Assembly: GCA_018819925.1 (NCBI GenBank) | Contig: JAHJPG010000096.1 | Location: forward strand, 207-64,206 | Origin: Pseudomonadota bacterium | GTDB lineage: Bacteria; Desulfobacterota; Desulfarculia; Desulfarculales; Desulfarculaceae | DNA: 64,000 bases | Reading direction: 5' to 3' | In this document: piece by piece, positions 55,523 to 64,000 of the stretch | Position numbering within the stretch: the first letter of the stretch is position 1 | Layout: each line of letters starts with the position of its first letter | Notes under the pieces: model-generated | What the model was told of the DNA's origin: nothing | What the model saw: only the letters and a program-made list of their open reading frames with translations | Databases searched by the model: none | Made by a program: the position numbers and the translations under genes

Positions 55523-56377
55523 CTAGGTTGGTTCCGGTTCGGGTTTGATGGGCATGGCCCCCGGCTCCTGGCCGCCGCCCTCTGGCTTCGGTTCCGGGGC
55601 CGGGGCGTTTTGCTCCTCTTGGGCCGCCTGTTCATCCTCGGCGGCAGGCTGGCTCGCCTGGGACGGAGCGGGCTCACCCTCCGGGGCCTCGCCAGCCGAC
55701 TCGGGCGGCTGGTCCCACCCGTCGTCTTCGCCGTCCTCGGCCTCCACCAGGGGAGGCAGGCCGCCCTCCACGGGGATCAGGTCGTCCAGGGTGGGCGCGG
55801 ACGGGTTGCCCAGGGGTAGCTCGTCGTCCTGGTAGGAGGGGCCCCCCTGGGAGACCCCGGCCAAGTTCTCGATCTCCTCCACGGTGGGCAAGTCCTTGAG
55901 GTCTTTCAGGTCAAAGACCTCCAAAAAGCGGCGGGTGGTGGCGTAGATCAAGGGGCGGCCGGGAAGGTCTTGGCGGCCGGCCACCCGCACCAGGTTTTTT
56001 TCCATGAGGGTGCGCAGGATGCCTCCCACCTCCACCCCCCGGATGCGCTCTATCTCGGCCTTGAGCACCGGCTGCTTATAGGCCACCACCGCCAGAGTTT
56101 CCAGAGCGGCCTTGGACAGGCGGGTGACCTGCTGCTTCTTGAGCTTGCGCAGCCAAAAGGCCATCTCCTTGCGGGTGCGAAATATCCAACCCCCGGCCAC
56201 TTGCACCACCTCGAAGGCCCGCTCGGACTGCTGGTATTCCTGGGCCAACTCTTCCAGCGCCCGCACCAGCGCGTCTCGATCGCTGGTCTCCAGCACCTGA
56301 TTGAACTGGGCCAAGCTCAGGGGGGTCTCCGCGACGAACAACAGGGCCTCGATTATCCTTTTAAGGTCGCGGCTCAA
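55523..56377 (-). CDS. scpB: SMC-Scp complex subunit ScpB
   Basis: IEALLFV, VAGGW..RT, LSKAALETLA.VAYKQP, GRP..Y.TT..FL..F.L..L..LP; acidic tail. Confidence 0.95.
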   Translation of the reverse strand: MSRDLKRIIEALLFVAETPLSLAQFNQVLETSDRDALVRALEELAQEYQQSERAFEVVQVAGGWIFRTRKEMAFWLRKLKKQQVTRLSKAALETLAVVAYKQPVLKAEIERIRGVEVGGILRTLMEKNLVRVAGRQDLPGRPLIYATTRRFLEVFDLKDLKDLPTVEEIENLAGVSQGGPSYQDDELPLGNPSAPTLDDLIPVEGGLPPLVEAEDGEDDGWDQPPESAGEAPEGEPAPSQASQPAAEDEQAAQEEQNAPAPEPKPEGGGQEPGAMPIKPEPEPT

Positions 56378-57147
56378 GCCTCGTCCTCCTCACGCCGATC
56401 CGAAGCCTGGAAATAGATGCGCATGACTCCCCATTGGGTCGGCTCTCCCGGGGCCGCGGCCAGGCGCTCCTGGTAGAGTTTTATGAGCCCCACCCGGGTA
56501 AGCTCCAGCAGGGCCAAAAAGGTGACCACCAACTGGGGCCGGGTGTGCGCGTCCGTAAAAAATTCCTCGAAAGTCATGGTCTGGCAGCTTCGCAGCTTGT
56601 CCAGCACTTCGCCGATGCGATCATCCAGGGACACCCGGTCCCGGGGAAGCTCCAACACCATCTGCTCGTGGCGGCGGGTCATGAGGCGGCGGAAGGATTC
56701 GATGAGCTCGAATACCCCGGCCTCGATCACCTCCTCTTCCCCGGCGCGCACCTTGTCCAGTTCGCGGCGGCCGCCCCCCCTGGAAAATACGTCGCGGTCC
56801 AGCAGGTCGCGCTCCCCCAGCTTATCAGCCGCCGCCTTTATGCGCATATGCTCCTTCAGCCGCTCCACCAGGTCCTGGCGGGGGTCCTCGCCCTCGTCCT
56901 GGTCCTCGGAGGAGTCGTAGGAGGGCAGCAGCTGGCGGCTTTTGATGTGCAAAAGGGTGGCGGCCATCAGCAGGAATTCACCGGCCACGCCGATGGACAA
57001 GTCCTGCATCAGGTCCAGGTATTCCAGATATTGCTTGGTTATCAAGGCCACCGGGATGTCGTATATGTCCACCTCGTTTTTACGGATGAGGTGCAACAAC
57101 AAATCCAGGGGGCCTTCGAATATCTCCAGCTTTACCGCTACGTCCAT
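56374..57147 (-). CDS. scpA: segregation/condensation protein ScpA
   Basis: FEGPLDLLLHLI, IT.QYL.Y, EFL.MAATLL.IKSR.LLP, FLALLEL. Confidence 0.95.
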   Translation of the reverse strand: MDVAVKLEIFEGPLDLLLHLIRKNEVDIYDIPVALITKQYLEYLDLMQDLSIGVAGEFLLMAATLLHIKSRQLLPSYDSSEDQDEGEDPRQDLVERLKEHMRIKAAADKLGERDLLDRDVFSRGGGRRELDKVRAGEEEVIEAGVFELIESFRRLMTRRHEQMVLELPRDRVSLDDRIGEVLDKLRSCQTMTFEEFFTDAHTRPQLVVTFLALLELTRVGLIKLYQERLAAAPGEPTQWGVMRIYFQASDRREEDEA

Positions 57148-57158
57148 GCGGCCACCAT

Positions 57159-57830
57159 CTAATAGGGTAACAATAGGTTTAGCACGGATTGGGCCGGTAA
57201 TAGAACCAGGTAGCTCACCACGTTGGGCATGCCCGGCAGCCAGCGGGGCAAAAAGATCAGGGCCAGGAGGATGACAAACCCGTATCGGTTGAGCTGCTGG
57301 TAGCGCCAGGCCGCCTTTGGGGGCAAAAGGCCGGTGAGGATGCCCGAGCCGTCCAGGGGAGGCAGGGGGATCAGGTTGAAAAAGGCCAGGATCACGTTCA
57401 CCGTGACCCCCACTATCATCATTTGCCCGAAGTACCATTTCCATTGGGCGTAGCCGGCGAAAACCCCAGCCTGGACCAGCAGATAGAGCGCAGCGGCAAT
57501 GATGATGGCGAACAGGATGTTGCTCAGGGGGCCGGCGGCGGAGATCCACACCATGTCCCAGCGGGGGTCGCGCAGGCGGCGCGCGTCGATGGGCACCGGC
57601 TTGGCCCAGCCGAAGCCCGACCCGAACCAGGCGGTGACGAAAAACACCAAGGTGCCGGCCATATCCAGGTGGCGGATGGGGTTCAGGCTCATGCGCCCCC
57701 GCTGCTTGGCCGTGGGGTCGCCCCGCAGCCAGGCCACCAGGGCGTGGGAGGCCTCGTGCACGGTCAGGGCCATGAGGATGGGCGGGGCCAGCATGACCAG
57801 TTTGAGCAGAAAATCGGTCAGCCAGCCCAT
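57159..57830 (-). CDS. site-2 protease (M50 family)
   Basis: HEASH, GDPT, GWAKPVP, AGP.SN, FNLIPLPPLDG. Confidence 0.93.
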   Translation of the reverse strand: MGWLTDFLLKLVMLAPPILMALTVHEASHALVAWLRGDPTAKQRGRMSLNPIRHLDMAGTLVFFVTAWFGSGFGWAKPVPIDARRLRDPRWDMVWISAAGPLSNILFAIIIAAALYLLVQAGVFAGYAQWKWYFGQMMIVGVTVNVILAFFNLIPLPPLDGSGILTGLLPPKAAWRYQQLNRYGFVILLALIFLPRWLPGMPNVVSYLVLLPAQSVLNLLLPY

Positions 57831-60511
57831 CAGGCGCGCTCTCCGGGGATTTTGAATTCTTTCATCACCAATTGCTCCTCTTGTTCCCGGGTAAGCACCT
57901 CGCCGTCCAGGCGGGCGGCCATCAGCCGATCCAGGATGCGCTTGAACAATGGCCCCGGGGCAAAGCCCAGGGCCTTGAGAGCCTCGCCGTCCACCTCGGG
58001 CCGCACCCGGGAAAGACTGAGCATGTACTGGCTCACCGCCCGTTTGGCCCATTGCCGAGTGGCCTTGGCCATGATGTAGAGTTGGAACTCGGGCCTCTGG
58101 GAGTGCAGCAGGAAATATATCTCCGAAGCGGCCGGTTTCTTGCGCTGCATATGGTTCATGGCCTTCAGGGCCCGCTGCCGCTCGCCCTCCAACTCATCGC
58201 GTTGTTTGGGCGACATGCCCAGGCGGCGGCCCAGGGCCTGGCGATCCTTGGGCGGCAAGGGGTCGCTGAGGCCCAGGTAGTATACCAGCCACTGCTGCAC
58301 CGGGTGGTCCAGAAAGGACAGGCGGTGCCAGGCCAGGGCCTCATCCAAGTCTTCCAGAAGCTCCTCGTCCTTGGGCTCCAGCTTCAACTCGGGGTGGAAG
58401 ACGTAGAGCAGCTTCAAGTCCCTTAGACGTTGCAGGCAGGCCACGGCCCGCTCCTCCTCCAGCATCTGGCGGAATTCCCCAAATAGCCGGCGGGGGGACA
58501 GCCGCTTGAAGGCGTCTATTTTAATGGCGTTTTTCACCAGGCCCTCGGTGAGCTTGCCGATGCGGAAACCGAAGCGCTGCTCAAAGCGCACAGCCCGAAA
58601 CACCCGGGTGGGGTCCTCCACGAAGGAAAGGTTGTGCAGCACGCGCACGGCCTTTTCCTTGATGTCGCGCAGGCCGTCGAAGAAGTCGATGAGTAGGCCG
58701 AAGCCGGGTGGATTGAGCTGCACCGCCAAGGTGTTGATGGTGAAGTCGCGGCGGTATAGGTCCAACTTGAGGCTGGAAAGCTCCACCACCGGCAGGGCGG
58801 CCGGGGAATCGTAGTACTCCAGGCGGGCGGTGGCCACGTCCAAGCTCAGGCCGCTTTGTTCAAAAACTATTTTGGCGGTGCTGAATTTTTTGTGGGTGCG
58901 CACCCTCACCTCCGGGTGCATCTCCCCGAAGCGGCGGGCCAAGGCCATGCCGTCGCCCTCCACCACCACGTCCAGGTCCAGGTTTTCCCGTCTGAGGAAC
59001 AAATCGCGCACCGAACCGCCCACCAAAAAGACCTTGAAACCCAACTCCTGGGCCACTTGGCCCATCTCCTTGAGAATGGCCATGACTCGCCGGGGCAGGC
59101 GCTCGGCCATGATGCTCTTGACGTTTTTGTGGCGCACCGGGCGGGGGCCTTCGTAGCGGTCCACCAGGCGCTCGGTGACCAGGGGATTTTCGATAAGGGT
59201 GTTCAAGAGGTCGGTGCGGGTGATGACCCCCAGCAGTTGGCCGTCCTCCATCACCGGAACCAGGCGCTGACGGCGCTCCACCACCGCCCGTTCCACCTCC
59301 AGCAAGCTGGCCATGGGCGAGAGCATCTCCACGTGGGGGGTCATGTACTCCACCACGCTCAAATGGCCCAAGCCGTGGTACACCGCCTTCTCCACGGTCT
59401 GGCGGGTGATAATTCCTTTCACATTGCCGTCCTGGCTCACCGGCATCACGTTGACGTTGTAGCGGGTGAGCACCTGCTCCGCCTCCTTGAGGGTGGTTTC
59501 GGCAGGCACGGTAATCACCGGGCTGGTCATCAAGTCGCGGGCCAGGATGGTGGGATTGATGGAGGATCGCAGCACGTTTTTCAGACGCTCGCTGGCCTCG
59601 ACCAGGGTCATGTCCTTGAGGGTGGCGCTGGCCGCGGTGGGGTGGCCCCCGCCGCCCAGGGACTGGGCGATGGCTCCCGCGTCCACCTCCGGCAGGCGGG
59701 AGCGGGCCACCAGATAGATGCGCCCCTCCATGCGGGCCAGGGCGAACAGGGCGTCCAGGTTCTCCATGTCCATGAACTTATGCACCAGCACCGCGAATTC
59801 CGGTACGTAGAAGTCGCGGCTCACCTGGCTAACCACCAAAGAGGTGCCGCCCACGTTGAGGGTTTCGGCCGAGCTTATCAGGTCGTTCAAGAGGCCCACT
59901 TCCTCGGCGCTGAGTTCGCGGGTGATGAGGTTGGCGACCACGCCGAGCATGGCCCCTTGACTGAGCAGCCAGGCGGCGGCCTCGTAGTCGGCCGGGGTGG
60001 TGGAACTGAAGGTGAAGCTGCCGGTGTCCTCGTAGATGCCCAGGGCCAACAGGGTGGCTTCGTCATCGTTGAGGGTGATCCCCTGGTTGCGCAGCAGTTG
60101 GCTGAGCACGGTAACCGTGGCGCCCACCGGCTCCACGATCTGGTAGCTGGTCTTTACGTCGTTGCCGCTGTCCGGGTGGTGGTCAAAGGCATGCACCTCC
60201 ACCTCGGGGTCCTCGGCCAGGGGGCCCAAGGGGCCGATGCGCTCCTTTTGGCGGGTGTCCACCAGGATCAGGCGGCGCACCCGCTCAAAGGGCACCTGCT
60301 TGACCTTTACGAAGTTATAAAGAAAACACACCGAATCCACGAAGAAGTTGCGCAGGTTGCGCTCCTGGGACCCGGGCAGCACCAACATGGCCTCGGGGTA
60401 GAGCTTGGCCGCGGCCAGCATGGAGGCCAGGGCGTCGTAGTCGGCGTTGACGTGGGTGGTTATGACCTCCACGTCCCGGACGGGGCCTTTTTTGCTGGGA
60501 GCCGGGTTCAT
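57830..60511 (-). CDS. DHH-DHHA1-CBS-tRNA nucleotidyltransferase (CCA/A-adding class II)
   Basis: THVNADYDA, DHH, DTG.F, GGGGH..AASA (DHH/DHHA1); two CBS; GGSVRD..DLD, RRDFTIN, EDPTR. Confidence 0.9.
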   Translation of the reverse strand: MNPAPSKKGPVRDVEVITTHVNADYDALASMLAAAKLYPEAMLVLPGSQERNLRNFFVDSVCFLYNFVKVKQVPFERVRRLILVDTRQKERIGPLGPLAEDPEVEVHAFDHHPDSGNDVKTSYQIVEPVGATVTVLSQLLRNQGITLNDDEATLLALGIYEDTGSFTFSSTTPADYEAAAWLLSQGAMLGVVANLITRELSAEEVGLLNDLISSAETLNVGGTSLVVSQVSRDFYVPEFAVLVHKFMDMENLDALFALARMEGRIYLVARSRLPEVDAGAIAQSLGGGGHPTAASATLKDMTLVEASERLKNVLRSSINPTILARDLMTSPVITVPAETTLKEAEQVLTRYNVNVMPVSQDGNVKGIITRQTVEKAVYHGLGHLSVVEYMTPHVEMLSPMASLLEVERAVVERRQRLVPVMEDGQLLGVITRTDLLNTLIENPLVTERLVDRYEGPRPVRHKNVKSIMAERLPRRVMAILKEMGQVAQELGFKVFLVGGSVRDLFLRRENLDLDVVVEGDGMALARRFGEMHPEVRVRTHKKFSTAKIVFEQSGLSLDVATARLEYYDSPAALPVVELSSLKLDLYRRDFTINTLAVQLNPPGFGLLIDFFDGLRDIKEKAVRVLHNLSFVEDPTRVFRAVRFEQRFGFRIGKLTEGLVKNAIKIDAFKRLSPRRLFGEFRQMLEEERAVACLQRLRDLKLLYVFHPELKLEPKDEELLEDLDEALAWHRLSFLDHPVQQWLVYYLGLSDPLPPKDRQALGRRLGMSPKQRDELEGERQRALKAMNHMQRKKPAASEIYFLLHSQRPEFQLYIMAKATRQWAKRAVSQYMLSLSRVRPEVDGEALKALGFAPGPLFKRILDRLMAARLDGEVLTREQEEQLVMKEFKIPGERA

Positions 60512-60518
60512 GTTCTGC

Positions 60519-61433
60519 CTAGCCTCGGGGGTGGTGGCGGCGATGCACCTGCACCAGCCGCTGGCGGGTGACGTGGGTGTAGACCTGGGTGGTGCCGATG
60601 TCGCTGTGCCCCAGCATGAGCTGCACGCTCCTGAGGTCGGCCCCGCCCTCCAAAAGATGGGTGGCGAAGGTGTGGCGCAGGGTGTGGGGGGTGACCGGCC
60701 CGTTTATGCCCGCCTTTTGCAGATATTTGTGGATGATTTTCCAAAGACCCATGCGGCTCAGGGAGTCGCCCCGGTTGTTCAGAAAAACCTCCTCGCGCCG
60801 CTTGCCCTTGAGCAGGCGGCTCCGGGGGCCTTCCAGATAGGCGGTCAGGACCTTGATGGCGGTTTCATGCACCGGCACCAGGCGCTGTTTGTCGCCTTTG
60901 CCATGCACCAAGAGGCAACCCACCTGGAACTGCACGTCGCCCACTCCCAGGCTGATGACCTCGCTCACCCGAAGCCCGGCGGCGTACATCAGCTCCAAAA
61001 TGGTCCGGTCCCTTTGCCCCAGATCGGTCAGTGGGTCCGGAGCGTCCAAGAGGCGTTCCACCTCGTCGCGGCTGAGGAAATAGGGCAGGCCGCCGGGCAG
61101 GCGGGGACCCACCAGGCCGGCCAGGGGGTCGGCGCCCAACTCGCCCCGGCGCAGCAGCCAGGCCACCAGGCCCCGGGCGGCGGACAGGCGCCGGGCCCGG
61201 GTGCGGGGCGAGAGCCCATTTTGCGCCGCCCGGGCCAAAAAGGCCACCATGTGCACCGATTCCACCTGTTCCCAGCCAGCCACCCCCTCCTTGAGCAAGA
61301 AGCCGGTGAGGTCGGCCAGGTCCTCGGCATAGGAGGCCACCGAGTTGGCGGCCAGGCCCCGCTCGGCGGCCAGGTGGGCCAGATAGCTGTCCACCGCCTG
61401 GTGCAAGGCCGGGGCCTGGGGATCAGCCCGCAT
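60519..61433 (-). CDS. xerD: site-specific tyrosine recombinase XerD (alternative start TTG 61406)
   Basis: ERGLA.NS..SY..DL, RDR.ILELMYAAGLRVSE, GKGDKQRLVP, PHTLRHTFATHLL.GGADLRSVQ.MLGH.DI.TTQ.YTHV. Confidence 0.95.
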   Translation of the reverse strand: MRADPQAPALHQAVDSYLAHLAAERGLAANSVASYAEDLADLTGFLLKEGVAGWEQVESVHMVAFLARAAQNGLSPRTRARRLSAARGLVAWLLRRGELGADPLAGLVGPRLPGGLPYFLSRDEVERLLDAPDPLTDLGQRDRTILELMYAAGLRVSEVISLGVGDVQFQVGCLLVHGKGDKQRLVPVHETAIKVLTAYLEGPRSRLLKGKRREEVFLNNRGDSLSRMGLWKIIHKYLQKAGINGPVTPHTLRHTFATHLLEGGADLRSVQLMLGHSDIGTTQVYTHVTRQRLVQVHRRHHPRG

Positions 61434-61684
61434 ATTTCATGAAGGCCGTGTGTCCGGCTGCGCCAGCCACCGGCATATGGTGTTGCCGGCTGCGCCCGGG
61501 CCTCGACGTAGCTATGGCTACGCCATCAGCCCTCGCTTGCCGGCCGCCTTGTCTGCCGGCGGCTGGCTGTGCCGGCGATGGGTACAAACTGTACCTCGAT
61601 AATGCGAACACTTGCTTCATAATGGCCCCATGAATACTGATCCGTTGCTAATTGCCACCCATCCCTCATGAAATATGCGGGCTA
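61424..61684. mobile_element. 261-bp MITE-like element (copy 2, inverted relative to copy 1)
   Basis: CAGCCCGCATATTTCATGAA (61424-43) / CTCATGAAATATGCGGGCTA (61665-84); colinear with copy 1, about 86% identical by manual alignment. Confidence 0.85.
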
Positions 61685-62782
61685 GGGGAGGTCATAAAAG
61701 CGGTCCAGGCTCCCCAGGCGGCGGCATCCCTGGCTGGTGAGCAGCACCATGTCCTCCAGGCGCACCCCGCCCCAGCCGGGCAGATATATGCCCGGCTCGA
61801 TGGTGAAAACCATGCCCGGCATCAGTTCGTCGCCGGAGCGGGGGCCCACCCGGGGGTCCTCGTGGGTGGCCAGGCCCACCCCGTGGCCCAGGGAATGGCC
61901 GAAGCGGGGTCCGAAGCCGCCTTCCTCGATGACTTCCCGGGCGATGGCGTCGGCCTCCTCCCCCAGCATGCCCGGCATTATCTCGGCCATGGCCTTTAGC
62001 TGGGCCTTGCGGGTGAGGCCGTATATCTGGGCGAATCGCTCGTCGGCCGCCTCCAGGCCGCCGGCCACCACGGTGCGCGATATGTCCGAGCAGTAACCGC
62101 CCAACTTGGCCCCCACGTCGAACACCACGGGGTCGCCCCGCTTGATGATGCGCGAGCCGCTTTCGGCGTGGGGTTCGGCCCCGTTGGGTCCGCTGGCCAC
62201 CAGGGGAGGGAAGGAGACCCCCTCGGCACCGGCGTCCTCCACCGCCCGGGCGATGGAAAGCGCCACCTCCCGTTCACTCTTGCCCACGATATCTCCGGCC
62301 AGGGTATCGTCCAGCACCTTTTCCATTAGGGCCAGGCTGGCGGTCAAGGCCTTTATTTCCGCTGAGTTTTTCATCACCCGCAGCTTGGAGGCCAGGCCCA
62401 GGGTGGGCTTGAGCTCCACTTCGGGCAGATTTTCCTCCAGGCGCTGGCGCCAAATGTCCAGCATGGCCTCCGACTCGTAAGCCAGGGTATTGATCCCCAG
62501 CTCCGGGGCGATCATGCCCATCAGGGTGGCCAGGCCCTGGTGGTAGATCAGGGTTTCGAAATAGGGGGCCTGGGAGCGGGCCGTGAGTTCGTAGCGGAAG
62601 TCTGTTAGCAGTAACGCCGCGTTTTGGCTTACGAAAATGGCACCGGAGCTTTCGCCCCACTGGCCGTCGTCCGGGGAGAACCCGCTGAGGTATCGCCGGT
62701 TGGCGGGCAGGGTGACCAAAATAGCGTCCAGCCCCTGTTTTTTGAGCAGTCTGCGCAGCGCGGCGATACGGGATTTTATCAT
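61682..62782 (-). CDS. pepP: Xaa-Pro aminopeptidase (M24B)
   Basis: Creatinase N-domain, TDFRY, PH, DVG....YCSDISRT, HSLGHGVGL.THE.P, TIEPGIY..GGVRLED. Confidence 0.92.
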   Translation of the reverse strand: MIKSRIAALRRLLKKQGLDAILVTLPANRRYLSGFSPDDGQWGESSGAIFVSQNAALLLTDFRYELTARSQAPYFETLIYHQGLATLMGMIAPELGINTLAYESEAMLDIWRQRLEENLPEVELKPTLGLASKLRVMKNSAEIKALTASLALMEKVLDDTLAGDIVGKSEREVALSIARAVEDAGAEGVSFPPLVASGPNGAEPHAESGSRIIKRGDPVVFDVGAKLGGYCSDISRTVVAGGLEAADERFAQIYGLTRKAQLKAMAEIMPGMLGEEADAIAREVIEEGGFGPRFGHSLGHGVGLATHEDPRVGPRSGDELMPGMVFTIEPGIYLPGWGGVRLEDMVLLTSQGCRRLGSLDRFYDLP

Positions 62783-62930
62783 GGCGGCCTCCTGGGCCCT
62801 GTTGGGAATTTCTCCAGCATGCATAAGATTTTATAGCATTGGGCCCCTTGCGTGGCAAGGCCGGGAGCGGCTGCTTGCGCGGGAGCCGGGGCCTGGGGTA
62901 TGTAGTAGGGACTCTTGAGGAGGGGCAGCA

Positions 62931-64000
62931 TTGCAAGCATCCCAGCGCGTGATCTTGGCCGCCGCCGCCAACCTGGCATCCCGCCTGGCCGGGGATGGGG
63001 CCAGCCCCCGTCCCGTGGTGGCCGAAAGGGCCCACACCCAGGCTCCGCCCCAGGGGTTGGACCCGCTGGGCCGCCAGGCGGTGGAAAAGCTGGCCCGCCA
63101 GTTGGTGGAGACGGTTTTGACCCTGATGGGCCGGAATTATGGCTCGGATCAGATCAGGGAGGCCGTGCGCCGGGAGGTTCACAAGCGGCTCATGGGCCGG
63201 CCTGAGCTGGAGCGGGCCGTGGCCGCCCGCCTGGAGGGAGCCCTGCCCCAGCTGCTTGATTTGGAGCGCCTGGCGGATCTGGCCGGGCGGGGGGTCAGCC
63301 TTCCGCCGGCGGTGGCCGCCCTGGAAGAGCAAGAGCTGGTGGCCGGGCCTTCGCCCGCCTTCCGCCGGGTGCTGAAGGACCTGGGCGAGGTGGCGGTCAG
63401 CGATTTTCCGGTGCTGCTGGTGGGCGAGAGCGGTACGGGCAAGGAGCTTTTGGCCCGCCGCCTGCACCGGCTCTCTCCCCGGCGTGAAGGGCCCCTGGTC
63501 ACCGTGAACTGCGCGGCCATGCCCCCCAGCCTGTTGGAGAGCGAGCTGTTCGGCCACGACAAAGGGGCCTTCACCGGGGCCGAGACCGCCCGGCCGGGCT
63601 ATTTCCGCCAGGCGGGCGGCGGCACCCTGTTCCTGGACGAGATCGGCGAGGCCCCGCCGGAGTTGCAGGTGCGCCTGCTCAGGGTGTTGGAGAGCCGCCG
63701 GGTGGCTCCGGTGGGGGGCGGGGGCGAGGTGCCGGTGGACTTCCGCCTGGTGGCGGCCACCCACCGCGACCTGGCCCAGGCTGCGGCCCGGGGCGAGTTC
63801 AACCAGGCCCTGCTCTACCGCCTCCAGGTGGTGCCTCTGTATCTGCCCCCCTTGCGCGAGAGGCGCGAGGACCTGGACCTGCTCCTGGACCACTTCATGG
63901 CCCAGGCGGGGCTTTTGGCCAAGAAGACCCGCCGCCTGGCCCCGGAAACCAGGCAGCGGCTAAAGGCATATGCCTGGCCGGGCAACGTGCGCGAGTTGCG
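62931..64000 (+). CDS. sigma54-dependent transcriptional activator (3' partial)
   Basis: GAGGAG RBS then TTG 62931; [41 protein letters not shown]; not in ORF track because it runs off the window. Confidence 0.88.
   Translation, partial: MQASQRVILAAAANLASRLAGDGASPRPVVAERAHTQAPPQGLDPLGRQAVEKLARQLVETVLTLMGRNYGSDQIREAVRREVHKRLMGRPELERAVAARLEGALPQLLDLERLADLAGRGVSLPPAVAALEEQELVAGPSPAFRRVLKDLGEVAVSDFPVLLVGESGTGKELLARRLHRLSPRREGPLVTVNCAAMPPSLLESELFGHDKGAFTGAETARPGYFRQAGGGTLFLDEIGEAPPELQVRLLRVLESRRVAPVGGGGEVPVDFRLVAATHRDLAQAAARGEFNQALLYRLQVVPLYLPPLRERREDLDLLLDHFMAQAGLLAKKTRRLAPETRQRLKAYAWPGNVREL

Overview
High-GC bacterial chromosomal window. Gene content and order suggest a deltaproteobacterial (Desulfobacterota-like) anaerobe; this is inference. 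Five parts. (1) 0-4.6 kb: alpha/beta hydrolase, uvrC, tatB, tatC and a Mo-cofactor-domain protein. (2) 5-21.8 kb: an aromatic amino acid supercluster in three transcription units: trpE-trpG-aroF-aroA-aroE-aroKB-aroC-aroQ; aroF2-pheA-tyrA; and trpD-trpC-trpF-trpB-trpA. Each unit is preceded by leader peptides with terminator/antiterminator pairs, which the ORF track does not call as separate genes. These are one Trp leader, one mixed Phe/Tyr leader (FFYFYYF), and two complete Trp attenuators in tandem before trpD. (3) 22-48 kb: accessory signalling and catabolic cassettes: a VUT/YhhQ-like-GGDEF fusion; a sigma54 activator with hydrolase, LIV-type ABC transporter and Fe-ADH; an XRE regulator with crotonase, CoA-transferase III, CitE-like lyase and TRAP; and TetR with TRAP, thiolase, SDR and acyl-CoA ligase. 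(4) 49-54.7 kb: a Ni/Co ECF uptake operon with an outer-membrane porin, a terminator-containing leader, and tRNA-Val(CAC). (5) 54.7-64 kb: core genes rluB, scpB, scpA, site-2 protease, DHH-CBS-tRNA nucleotidyltransferase, xerD, pepP and a partial sigma54 activator. A 261-bp MITE-like element with 20-bp terminal inverted repeats occurs twice, each time fused to the stop codon of the upstream gene and offering an in-frame ATG to the downstream gene. A degenerate third copy is also present. All calls are from motif recognition and manual inspection; no database searches were run.
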